Origin: Candidatus Omnitrophota bacterium
Lineage (GTDB): Bacteria; Omnitrophota; Gorgyraeia; Gygaellales; Profunditerraquicolaceae
Assembly: GCA_043823435.1 (NCBI GenBank)
Contig: JBDRAV010000003.1
Coordinates: forward strand, 96,366-160,365
Reading direction: 5' to 3'
DNA length: 64,000 nt
Shown: positions 19,695-27,231 of the stretch, in pieces
Numbering within the stretch: position 1 is the first letter of the stretch
Layout of the letters: the number at the start of each line of letters is the position of its first letter
Program-made: the position numbers and the translations under genes
The notes under the pieces: generated by a model
The model's input: only the letters and a program-made list of their open reading frames with translations
Told to the model about the DNA's origin: nothing
Database searches by the model: none

Positions 19695-20300
19695 TTATTT
19701 TTTCTTGGTCTCTATCACCTCATCTACCAGGCCGTATTCTTTGGCTTCCTCGGCAGACATAAAGTAATCGCGGTCGGTATCCTTAAGTATCTTATCTAAC
19801 GGCTGTTTCGTATGGTATGAGAGGATTTCATTTATCTTGTCGCGCAATTTCATGATCTCCTGGGCATGCCTGGAGATATCCTCCGCTGCACCCTGGACTC
19901 CTCCCCAGGGCTGATGGATCATCACCCGCGAATTCGGCAAAGCGAAACGCTTTCCTCTTGTGCCGGCGCACAAAAGGAGTGCGCCCATGCTGGTTGCCTG
20001 GCCCACGCAATAAGTAGCTACATTCGGCTTTACAAACTGCAGGGTATCGTATATCGCTAAGCCCGCGGTCACAGATCCGCCCGGGGAATTAATGTATACG
20101 TTTATATCTTTATTTACATCCTCCATCTGAAGGAATAATAGCTGCGCAATAATCAGGTTCGCCACGATATCGTCGATAGGCGTACCTATAAAAACAATGC
20201 GGTCCTTAAGTAAGCGCGAATAAATATCATAAGCGCGTTCATAACCCCGCGATGTCTGCTCAATAACCATCGGCACTAGAGTCTGGTTTTTTATGCTCAT
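19695..20300 (-). CDS. clpP: ATP-dependent Clp protease proteolytic subunit
   Basis: 201 aa. ClpP family with Ser (GQATSMGA) and His (MIHQP) active-site contexts. Downstream of tig. Confidence 0.95.
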   Translation of the reverse strand: MSIKNQTLVPMVIEQTSRGYERAYDIYSRLLKDRIVFIGTPIDDIVANLIIAQLLFLQMEDVNKDINVYINSPGGSVTAGLAIYDTLQFVKPNVATYCVGQATSMGALLLCAGTRGKRFALPNSRVMIHQPWGGVQGAAEDISRHAQEIMKLRDKINEILSYHTKQPLDKILKDTDRDYFMSAEEAKEYGLVDEVIETKKK

Positions 20301-20316
20301 ATTCTACCCCCCTTAA

Positions 20317-20381
20317 GTTTTGAGTCTTGAGTTTTGAGTTTATTCTCCAGCTTCTAACTCTTAGCTCATAACTCCTAACTA
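20317..20381. repeat. two-armed heptanucleotide-periodic palindrome (GAGTTNN units)
   Basis: Left arm: gttttga gtcttga gttttga gtttatt (20317-20344). Right arm: ctaactc ttagctc ataactc ctaacta (20354-20381). The right arm overlaps the tig stop codon. Confidence 0.75.
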
Positions 20382-21250
20382 TTTTGCCAGTCCGCTTCTC
20401 TCAATAAAAACTCCATAACCTTACGAGGCATATGGTCGTCTATGGGTATATTTTCCTTCTTGGCAATAGCGGACAGGATCAGATAAACCCTGACCTGTTT
20501 CTTCGCTTCCTGTTCCAGCTGTCCGGTTATCGCTTTCTCCTGCTCTTCTATTTTTTCTCGCGAGACCCCCTTTAAAGCCAGGTCTAATTTAGTCTGCCTG
20601 AGCATATCCTGCAACTGACGGTTGACCAGGCCTTGAGGCAATTTAAAATCCAGACCCTTACTAATATTCTCCACGATCTCCTTCTCTATCTTCTGCCTCT
20701 GCTGGTTCTCTTCGCGTAGGTAAATCTCTTTCTCCACCGCCTTCTCTAATTCAGAAAGCATGGGATAACCTAATGACCTGGAAAAATTATCGTCTACAGT
20801 CTCTATTTTTCTTGTTTCTTTAATGGAATCGATATTGCGCTTTATCATATCCGCGCTAACTTCTATCTTCTTATAATTCACCCTGATACCCTTATAGTTT
20901 TTTATCGGGATCTGTGGGCTTATCTCTACCCTCGCCTTGAATGAAAGACTACCCCTGTCCAGTTTCACTTCGGATACTTCGGGCAGTTCTATAACCTCAA
21001 GGCCCTCCTTATCTATCGCCTGGTTATAAAGCTCGGGGATAAGTTCCTTCATTACCAACTCATGCGCATGAGAGGAATATTTCTTTTCCAGGATATCGCG
21101 TGGGGCATGGCCGGGCCGAAAACCTGGTATCTTGGCCTCTTTCGATATCTGTGCAAAAACATCATTAAATTTATTCTTGACCAGATCGCCGCTTACCTCA
21201 ATACTGATCTCCCTTTTGTTGCTGTCTATCTCTTTGACTTCAGTTTTCAC
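20375..21250 (-). CDS. tig: trigger factor, short form without recognisable PPIase domain
   Basis: 291 aa. N-terminal ribosome-binding signature GFRPGHAP and C-terminal arm-domain-like sequence. GTG start at 21250 preceded by a purine-rich RBS. Confidence 0.85.
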   Translation of the reverse strand: MKTEVKEIDSNKREISIEVSGDLVKNKFNDVFAQISKEAKIPGFRPGHAPRDILEKKYSSHAHELVMKELIPELYNQAIDKEGLEVIELPEVSEVKLDRGSLSFKARVEISPQIPIKNYKGIRVNYKKIEVSADMIKRNIDSIKETRKIETVDDNFSRSLGYPMLSELEKAVEKEIYLREENQQRQKIEKEIVENISKGLDFKLPQGLVNRQLQDMLRQTKLDLALKGVSREKIEEQEKAITGQLEQEAKKQVRVYLILSAIAKKENIPIDDHMPRKVMEFLLREADWQNS

Positions 21251-21303
21251 CCCGCTCTTCCTTTCCTAATTAATACCCCGACCCTTTTGGAAGGACGGGC
21301 CCC
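21247..21303 (-). promoter_or_regulatory. repeated hairpin + RBS + GTG-start leader cassette, copy A (tig)
   Basis: The 20-mer tcaccccgctcttcctttcc (21247-21266) is identical to 24506-24525. Upstream hairpin is CCCGTCCTTCCAAAAGGGTCGGGG (minus-strand sense). Confidence 0.7.
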
Positions 21304-21318
21304 CGTTTAAATGAACGC

Positions 21319-21352
21319 GCAACTTACGAATACGACAGTATGAGTAAGTTGT
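21319..21352. repeat. CAACTTAC / GTAAGTTG inverted repeat
   Basis: gcaacttac (21319-21327) and gtaagttgt (21344-21352), with arm starts 23 nt apart. Located upstream of the tig leader cassette. Confidence 0.7.
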
Positions 21353-21397
21353 ATGCGAGAATTTACATCCTACCTTATTAACAAGTATAAAAGGATG

Positions 21398-22120
21398 CTA
21401 CATCTTAAACTTCTCACCCAGATATATCTCTCTTGCCTTGGAGTTACTAATAAGATCATCGGCCGTGCCTGATATCATGATTCTTCCGTCGGCAATCAAA
21501 TAAGCCCTGTCTGTTATGGAAAGCGTCTCCCGGACGTTGTGATCCGTGAGCAGAATACCCAAGCCCTTATCCTTTAATTCCTTGATGATCTCCTGCGCCT
21601 CATTAACTACTATAGGATCTATGCCTGAAAATGGTTCGTCTAAAAGTATGAAAGAAGGATTTGTGACTAACGCCCGCGTGATCTCAAGACGCCTCCTCTC
21701 GCCGCCCGATAAAGTATAGGCCTTGTTTTTGGCAAGACGGGCGATATTCAATTCCTCAAGCAGGCTTTCTAGCCTGCGCCTCCTCTCCACCTTATTTATG
21801 GGAAGTGTCTCCAGGATAGCCATAATATTCTCTTCAACGGTGAGTTTCCTGAAAATAGACGCTTCCTGTGAGAGGTAACCTATACCGAAACGCGCGCGCG
21901 AATGTATAGGCAGGGAAGTTATATTAAAATTATCGAATACAATGGAGCCCGCATTCGGAGGAATAACCCCGACCACCATATAGAAAGTAGTGGTTTTTCC
22001 GGCGCCGTTAGGCCCAAGTAACCCTACTATCTCGCCGCGCTTAACTGAGAGGTCTACACCTTTCACTACCTGTCTACCGTCGTAAGATTTAGAGAGCCCC
22101 CTAATTTCCAAAAGATGCAT
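21398..22120 (-). CDS. lptB: LPS export ABC transporter ATP-binding protein
   Basis: Walker A GPNGAGKTT, signature LSGGERRR, Walker B ILLDEP. I prefer the start at ATG 22120 (MHLLEIRGL, AGGAGG 7 nt upstream) over the ORF-track start at 22204. Confidence 0.9.
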   Translation of the reverse strand: MHLLEIRGLSKSYDGRQVVKGVDLSVKRGEIVGLLGPNGAGKTTTFYMVVGVIPPNAGSIVFDNFNITSLPIHSRARFGIGYLSQEASIFRKLTVEENIMAILETLPINKVERRRRLESLLEELNIARLAKNKAYTLSGGERRRLEITRALVTNPSFILLDEPFSGIDPIVVNEAQEIIKELKDKGLGILLTDHNVRETLSITDRAYLIADGRIMISGTADDLISNSKAREIYLGEKFKM

Positions 22121-22997
22121 CCAGCCCCTCCTGAGAATATATAACCAATTTAGGCCTGCCCGAAAGGATAATTCTGTTTTGCGCGGCGTCGTATGTCGCC
22201 TCATCGCTATAGGATACGTTCTCTCCCCGAGTAATCTTGACGTTTCCCCGCGCCACGATCTTATCTATCTTACTGCTCATCGCGGAGTCAGCCTTTGGCA
22301 ATGCGGAAGCGTCTTTGCCCGTACCGCCGAAATATACATCCATTATATCACTGTCTATCAGTACATCCTGGGTATTCACCTTGACGTTATTATTAAAGGT
22401 AGCGACGTTCTTATCGTAATCTATCTCGAGCGGACCGTCACAGGTGATCACTATCTTCTTGTTGACATCCCGGACGCTATCTTTATCTGCATTATCCGGA
22501 TTGATATTCACGGTCACGTCTTTTTCCAGACTCACCTTCTTAAGGCTGGGCTCACCGTACGCTCCGCTTGCAGTAGTCACCATATTGCCTCTTTCTATAT
22601 TAACCGCGTCTTTCGTAGTAACAAGCTGCTTCTTCCTGTCCCAATCCAGAGAATCAGTAGTTAATTTGGAGCCGGTAGATGTAGTAATTACCACGTTTTC
22701 CTCGAGGTGGATCTTGCCGTCTGCCTTATCAAAATCACCCTTATCGGCAGTAAGCACGATGTCCTCTTCTTTGCCGTAAAGATTGCCGACTACCTCTTTC
22801 AGTTTTACCACATCCGAAAATATATCCGCGGATTTCCCGGCGAGGTCCCAGGACTTCTTACCTTTATCGCCGAAACTAGCCAGGGAGAAATCCATAATCT
22901 GCTGGTCCGACCCCTGGTCAACCTGCTCCTGGCAGATTGCGCTAAATGCAGGAAAGATAAAAAAGGCCAAAAATGTAAAGAATATCTTAAGGGTCAT
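22101..22997 (-). CDS. LptC-like plus LptA/OstA-like two-module periplasmic LPS transport protein
   Basis: 298 aa. Signal/anchor sequence followed by two OstA-type beta-jellyroll-like halves. Located between kdsC and lptB, where lptC and lptA normally sit. Confidence 0.65.
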   Translation of the reverse strand: MTLKIFFTFLAFFIFPAFSAICQEQVDQGSDQQIMDFSLASFGDKGKKSWDLAGKSADIFSDVVKLKEVVGNLYGKEEDIVLTADKGDFDKADGKIHLEENVVITTSTGSKLTTDSLDWDRKKQLVTTKDAVNIERGNMVTTASGAYGEPSLKKVSLEKDVTVNINPDNADKDSVRDVNKKIVITCDGPLEIDYDKNVATFNNNVKVNTQDVLIDSDIMDVYFGGTGKDASALPKADSAMSSKIDKIVARGNVKITRGENVSYSDEATYDAAQNRIILSGRPKLVIYSQEGLDASFGN

Positions 22998-23526
22998 AAA
23001 ACCCCACTATTTCCTGCCATTTGCCTTGTGCCTTCAGGATCAATTCTACCACTTCGCGTACCGCACCATGCCCACCGTGTTTTAAGGTTATGTAAGAAGC
23101 TGCCTGTTTTATCTGCGGTACGGCATTAAAGACCGCGATAGAAAAGCCCACCCTCTTCATCAAAGATAGGTCCACTAGATCATCACCCACAAAACACACC
23201 TCTTCGGCATTAAGCTTGTATTTCTTTAAAACCTTTTCCAGGACAATCGTCTTAGGAAAGATATTTTCGTATACCCTCTCTACCCGCATATCGCGGGCGC
23301 GGGGCTTAATCGCCTGCGAACCCTTGGCGGTGATCAATACGGTCTTTATGCCTGCCCTGCTTAAACAATATACGCCCAGGCCGTCATGCACGTCGAAAAA
23401 CTTCATGTCCCGCCCGGAAGAATCATATATTATCCTGCCGTCCGTGAGAACGCCGTCCACGTCCAGAAGCAGCATCCTGATCTTTTTTGCCTTATCTATT
23501 ATCTCCTGCCTGATGTTTACTCTCAA
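22987..23526 (-). CDS. kdsC: 3-deoxy-D-manno-octulosonate 8-phosphate phosphatase
   Basis: 179 aa. HAD motif LLLDVDGVLTDG and KdsC-like body. Confidence 0.85.
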   Translation of the reverse strand: MRVNIRQEIIDKAKKIRMLLLDVDGVLTDGRIIYDSSGRDMKFFDVHDGLGVYCLSRAGIKTVLITAKGSQAIKPRARDMRVERVYENIFPKTIVLEKVLKKYKLNAEEVCFVGDDLVDLSLMKRVGFSIAVFNAVPQIKQAASYITLKHGGHGAVREVVELILKAQGKWQEIVGFYDP

Positions 23527-23540
23527 TATTGCACCCGGCG

Positions 23541-24527
23541 TTATGCTAATCCGGCCTTTAATAAATCCTGTACGTCCAAAAGCCCTACGGGCCGGTAATC
23601 TTTATCTACTACCGGCACCTCATCTATCTTTTTTTCCTGGAGCATGCGCATGGCCTCGGCAGCCAATTTGCCCCCGGTAATCACAAGGGGCCTTTTGGTC
23701 ATCACTTCCCTGATCTTCATTTTGGGTAACTCCCTCTTTGTCCCCAGATGCCGTCGTAGATCTCCGTCAGTGAATATCCCGGTTAATCTTCCCTTATTAT
23801 CCACTACCGAGGCGGCTCCGGCGCGCGCCTGGGTAATTTTCAGCAGGACATCTGAAACTGTCCTTTCCTCATTGACCACGGGATTATCCCTGCCCTTACG
23901 CATGATATCCTCTACTTTTAAAAGCAGCTGTTTGCCCAGCATACCTCCCGGATGGTAAAAAGCGAAATCCTTCGCCTTAAACCCTTTCAGTTCCAGAAGG
24001 CATACTGCCAGGGCATCTGCCATGGCTAAAGTAGCGGTAGTAGAAGCGGTAGGGGCGAGCCCCAAAGGACAGGCCTCTTTTCTTACGGAAACGTCCAATA
24101 CTATATCACTGTATTTAGCGAGAACAGATCTAGTCTTTCCGGTCAACGCGATGATCTTTGCCCCTATCTTCTTTAAGAAAGGAAGTAGCTGTTTTATCTC
24201 TTCGGTCGACCCGCTGTTAGAAATAATGATCACTGTATCGTCAGAAGTCACCCTTCCCAGGTCTCCATGGGCGGCTTCGGATAAATGCATGAATAAGCTT
24301 GGCGTACCGGTAGAAGAAAGGGTCGCGGAGAGTTTCTCGGCGATGATACCGGTTTTACCCATACCGCTTACCACTATCCTACCTTTAGTCTTTAATACGG
24401 TAACGACGGCTTCCTTAAAACTGTTACCCAGGCGTGATTTCAGCGCCCTTACCGCCTCTGACTCAATATCCAGGACCTCTTTCGCGCGTCTAAGAATATT
24501 TATTCTCACCCCGCTCTTCCTTTCCAT
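23541..24527 (-). CDS. kdsD: arabinose-5-phosphate isomerase (SIS + tandem CBS)
   Basis: 328 aa. SIS domain (VVSGMGKTG) and C-terminal CBS pair. The start is ambiguous: ATG 24527, or GTG 24509 by analogy with the repeated leader cassette. Confidence 0.9.
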   Translation of the reverse strand: MERKSGVRINILRRAKEVLDIESEAVRALKSRLGNSFKEAVVTVLKTKGRIVVSGMGKTGIIAEKLSATLSSTGTPSLFMHLSEAAHGDLGRVTSDDTVIIISNSGSTEEIKQLLPFLKKIGAKIIALTGKTRSVLAKYSDIVLDVSVRKEACPLGLAPTASTTATLAMADALAVCLLELKGFKAKDFAFYHPGGMLGKQLLLKVEDIMRKGRDNPVVNEERTVSDVLLKITQARAGAASVVDNKGRLTGIFTDGDLRRHLGTKRELPKMKIREVMTKRPLVITGGKLAAEAMRMLQEKKIDEVPVVDKDYRPVGLLDVQDLLKAGLA

Positions 24528-24557
24528 GCATACCCCTGCCCTACAGAAGGGCGGGGC
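24506..24557 (-). promoter_or_regulatory. leader cassette, copy B (kdsA-kdsD junction)
   Basis: Carries the same 20-mer as copy A. The hairpin CCCCGCCCTTCTGTAGGGCAGGGG starts right after the kdsA stop codon. Confidence 0.7.
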
Positions 24558-25370
24558 TCATAATGCCTTCTCTATTTTCTTAACCTGTTTTAAGAGCCTG
24601 CGCAATTCTTTTAGATCGATCATATTCGGACCGTCGCAGGGCGCTTCATCAGGCGCAGAGTGCACTTCTAAAAACAGTCCGTCGCAACCAAAGGCGACAG
24701 CTGCACGTGAGAGGCCAGCCACAAACTCCCGCTGCCCCCCGGATGAAGAGCCTTTCCCTCCCGGCAGCTGGATGCTGTGCGTAGCGTCATAAATCACCGG
24801 GTAGCCGAACTCGCGCATAATAGCGAGGCTACGCAAATCAGAAACAAGGTTATTATAACCAAAAGAAGCCCCCCGCTCGGTGATCAAAATAGACTTATTC
24901 CCTGTTGACTCTATCTTCTTAATTATAGGCAATACATCCCATGGAGCCAGAAACTGCCCCTTCTTGATATTTATCACCTTGCCTGTCCTGGCGACAGCCA
25001 GTACTATATCCGTCTGGCGGCACAAGAATGCCGGGATCTGCATTACGTCCAGGACCCGCGATGCTTCGGGGATATCATTTTTGCAATGTATGTCGCTTAA
25101 TATGGGGACCCTTAGACGATCTTTTACTTTCTGCAGGATCTCTAAGCCTTTCTTCATCCCGGGACCGCGATAAGAATCTATAGAGAGCCTATTTGCCTTA
25201 TCAAAGCTGGACTTGAAAATAAAAGGGATCCCCGATTCTGCGGCAATATCTTTTATCTTCTTTGCCGTATCAAGGCATTGCCTTTCGGACTCGATCACGC
25301 ATGGACCCGCTACCAGGACCAACGGGTTCCTGCCGCCTATTTTTATCTTTCCTACATTAATCTGGCGCAT
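24558..25370 (-). CDS. kdsA: 2-dehydro-3-deoxyphosphooctonate aldolase (KDO8P synthase)
   Basis: 270 aa. KdsA family (GPCVIES, KSSFDKANR). Confidence 0.95.
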   Translation of the reverse strand: MRQINVGKIKIGGRNPLVLVAGPCVIESERQCLDTAKKIKDIAAESGIPFIFKSSFDKANRLSIDSYRGPGMKKGLEILQKVKDRLRVPILSDIHCKNDIPEASRVLDVMQIPAFLCRQTDIVLAVARTGKVINIKKGQFLAPWDVLPIIKKIESTGNKSILITERGASFGYNNLVSDLRSLAIMREFGYPVIYDATHSIQLPGGKGSSSGGQREFVAGLSRAAVAFGCDGLFLEVHSAPDEAPCDGPNMIDLKELRRLLKQVKKIEKAL

Positions 25371-26109
25371 CAGACATTTCTTCCTTAAGCCTGAGTTTTA
25401 CCTTCTCTAAATCCCCTGGCGTATCTACGCCGAGGGTGTCGTATTTTGTCTCTATGACCTTGATACGATAACCGCCTTCCAATACCCTTAACTGCTCCAG
25501 GCGCTCTGTTTTCTCCAGGCTTGAAACCGGAAGGTTCTTATAAGTAAAAAGAAAATCCTTGGTGTAACCGTAAAGCCCGATATGCTTATAATAGACCGGG
25601 GAGGCTACCTCTGACTCTTTAGCGCGGTAAGGTATGGCGCTCCTGGAAAAATACAGGGCAAAATTATTTTTATCCATTACCACTTTGACTACGTTCGGGT
25701 CATCAGCATCACAGGCATTATCTATCTTCCTGGCGATCGTGGCCATGGAGAGATTACCATCATCCAGCAGGGCCTGGGCAACAGCGTCTATCATCATGGG
25801 ATGGATCAGCGGCTCATCGCCCTGGATATTTATTATCTTCTTTACTTCCAGGGGGTTTACCACCTCAATAATCCTGTCCGTGCCCGAGAGATGGCCTTTG
25901 GCGGTCAAGACGACCTTTGCCCCGAAGCCGTTTGCCGCCTCAAATACTCTCTCGTCATCACAGGCGATGACCAGGTCATCAAGAAGTAATGACTGTTTTG
26001 CCATTTCCCAAACATATTGGATCATCGGCTTACCCAGTATATCCGCCAAGACCTTACCCTCGAACCTGGTTGAAGAATACCTGGCAGGTATTATCCCAAT
26101 AACATCCAT
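25357..26109 (-). CDS. kdsB: 3-deoxy-manno-octulosonate cytidylyltransferase
   Basis: 250 aa. IIPARYSSTRFEGK N-terminus and NIQGDEP motif. Confidence 0.95.
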   Translation of the reverse strand: MDVIGIIPARYSSTRFEGKVLADILGKPMIQYVWEMAKQSLLLDDLVIACDDERVFEAANGFGAKVVLTAKGHLSGTDRIIEVVNPLEVKKIINIQGDEPLIHPMMIDAVAQALLDDGNLSMATIARKIDNACDADDPNVVKVVMDKNNFALYFSRSAIPYRAKESEVASPVYYKHIGLYGYTKDFLFTYKNLPVSSLEKTERLEQLRVLEGGYRIKVIETKYDTLGVDTPGDLEKVKLRLKEEMSDAPD

Positions 26110-26113
26110 ATTT

Positions 26114-27127
26114 TTATTTTATCCTTTCTAATAACTCTTTTCTGTCGGTAACTGCCGTGCCTAATTTACCGACCACAATGCCGGCAGAGAAGTTAGCGAT
26201 ATGCGCGGCCTCAAGCTTTGAAGCCCCGCAGCAAAGCGCCAGGGTAAAACTGGATATTACCGTATCACCGGCGCCTGAGACATCAAATACCTCCTGCGCT
26301 ACCGTCGGTATATGCGTCAGACGTCCGCCCTTCTCAAATAAACGCATCCCGTGTTCGCCTAAAGTCACAAGCAGCGATTCCAACCCCAGGTATTTTAAAA
26401 TCTCTCTTGCCGCCGAGTCTATATCCTTATCGGTAAATAATTTATCCGTATTGAACTTAAAAGCGTTAGAAATATCCTTGATGCGCAGATTCCTTATCGC
26501 GTTCTCCAGTTCTCTGCGGTTAGGGGTGATGGAAGTAACGCCCCGGTAATACTGAAAATGCTCCTCCTTGGGGTCTACGGATATTATCTTCCTGCGGGCG
26601 CGCGAAAGCGCGATAATCTCTTCCAATAAATGCATATTTATCACGCCCTTACCGTAATCTTCGATGATAATGGCATCAAAGCCATCGATATTATTTTTTA
26701 CGAACCCGACGATCCGCTTATTAAGTTTTTGCGTAAGGGGATGGGTGTGCTCCCAATCCACCCTGACTACCTGCTGGTGCCCGGCGATAATGCGCGTCTT
26801 AACCGTGGTATGCCGGCGGTTTTCGCTAAATATCCCCGAAGTGTTTATCTTTTTCTTCTTCAGTTCCGATAATAAAAGGGCAGCGTTTTTGTCCTTTCCG
26901 ATAACGCCGGCCAGGCATACGCCTGCCCCGAACGAACGGATATTGCTGGCCACATTAGCCGCGCCCCCAGGGACGAAGGTATGGGTGTCCGCCCATACTA
27001 CCGGTACGGGCGCCTCGGGTGATATCCTGTCTACGCTGCCGCCTATATATTCATCCAGGATTACATCCCCCAGCACGAGTATTTTAGCCTTAGCGAATCT
27101 ATTGATTATCTTCTCAAGGTTCTTCAC
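26114..27127 (-). CDS. hldE: D-glycero-beta-D-manno-heptose-7-phosphate kinase (RfaE/HldE domain I only)
   Basis: 337 aa. PfkB-type sugar kinase with an HldE-like N-terminus (ILVLGDVILDEY) and GAGDT motif. No adenylyltransferase domain. GTG start. Confidence 0.85.
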   Translation of the reverse strand: MKNLEKIINRFAKAKILVLGDVILDEYIGGSVDRISPEAPVPVVWADTHTFVPGGAANVASNIRSFGAGVCLAGVIGKDKNAALLLSELKKKKINTSGIFSENRRHTTVKTRIIAGHQQVVRVDWEHTHPLTQKLNKRIVGFVKNNIDGFDAIIIEDYGKGVINMHLLEEIIALSRARRKIISVDPKEEHFQYYRGVTSITPNRRELENAIRNLRIKDISNAFKFNTDKLFTDKDIDSAAREILKYLGLESLLVTLGEHGMRLFEKGGRLTHIPTVAQEVFDVSGAGDTVISSFTLALCCGASKLEAAHIANFSAGIVVGKLGTAVTDRKELLERIK

Positions 27128-27193
27128 CCCACCCTTCCTCTCCTAATTGTATGCCCCAACCCTTTTGGAAGAGCGGGGTTCACCCCACTCTCC
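27124..27193 (-). promoter_or_regulatory. leader cassette, copy C (hldE), with an extra partial 3'-arm copy
   Basis: tcaccccacccttcctctcc (27124-27143) matches the A/B 20-mer at 17 of 20 positions. ccccgctcttcc (minus-strand sense, 27178-27167) is the exact complement of the A/B RBS segment. A duplicate GGAGAGTGGGGTG lies at 27193-27181. Confidence 0.65.
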
Positions 27194-27208
27194 TTTATTA
27201 TCTTAACT

Positions 27209-27229
27209 CCGGCCCTCAGGAAGGGCCGG
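27209..27229 (-). other. GC-rich hairpin directly after the DHS-like gene stop (terminator-like, no U-run)
   Basis: ccggccc (27209-27215) and gggccgg (27223-27229) form a perfect 7-bp stem with a 7-nt loop. Confidence 0.5.
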
Positions 27230-27231
27230 GT

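Noticed and set aside
22121-22204. N-terminal extensions in the ORF track: lptB to 22204, nrdR to 57587, lpxK to 38507, aroC to 48306, the SPFH gene to 63738, the helicase TTG at 50273, and DUF4912 GTG at 11002.
   Set aside because: In each case an internal ATG matches the conserved family N-terminus. Where an RBS is visible it is properly spaced from that ATG. The extension either overlaps the upstream gene or runs through intergenic repeats.
24022-24792. Long plus-strand ORFs antisense to annotated genes (for example 24022-24792 of 256 aa, 28234-28923 of 229 aa, 60833-61486 of 217 aa, 15932-16486 of 184 aa, and 39735-40280).
   Set aside because: They lie entirely within, and antisense to, well-supported minus-strand genes. 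They have Ser/Pro/Leu-rich low-complexity translations and no RBS. These are shadow ORFs.
27124-27183. A 19-codon upstream ORF (GTG 27183 to TGA 27124) whose stop overlaps the hldE GTG start, considered as a possible leader peptide.
   Set aside because: The equivalent frame in the tig cassette copy is closed by a TAG with no start codon. The uORF is therefore not a conserved part of the cassette.
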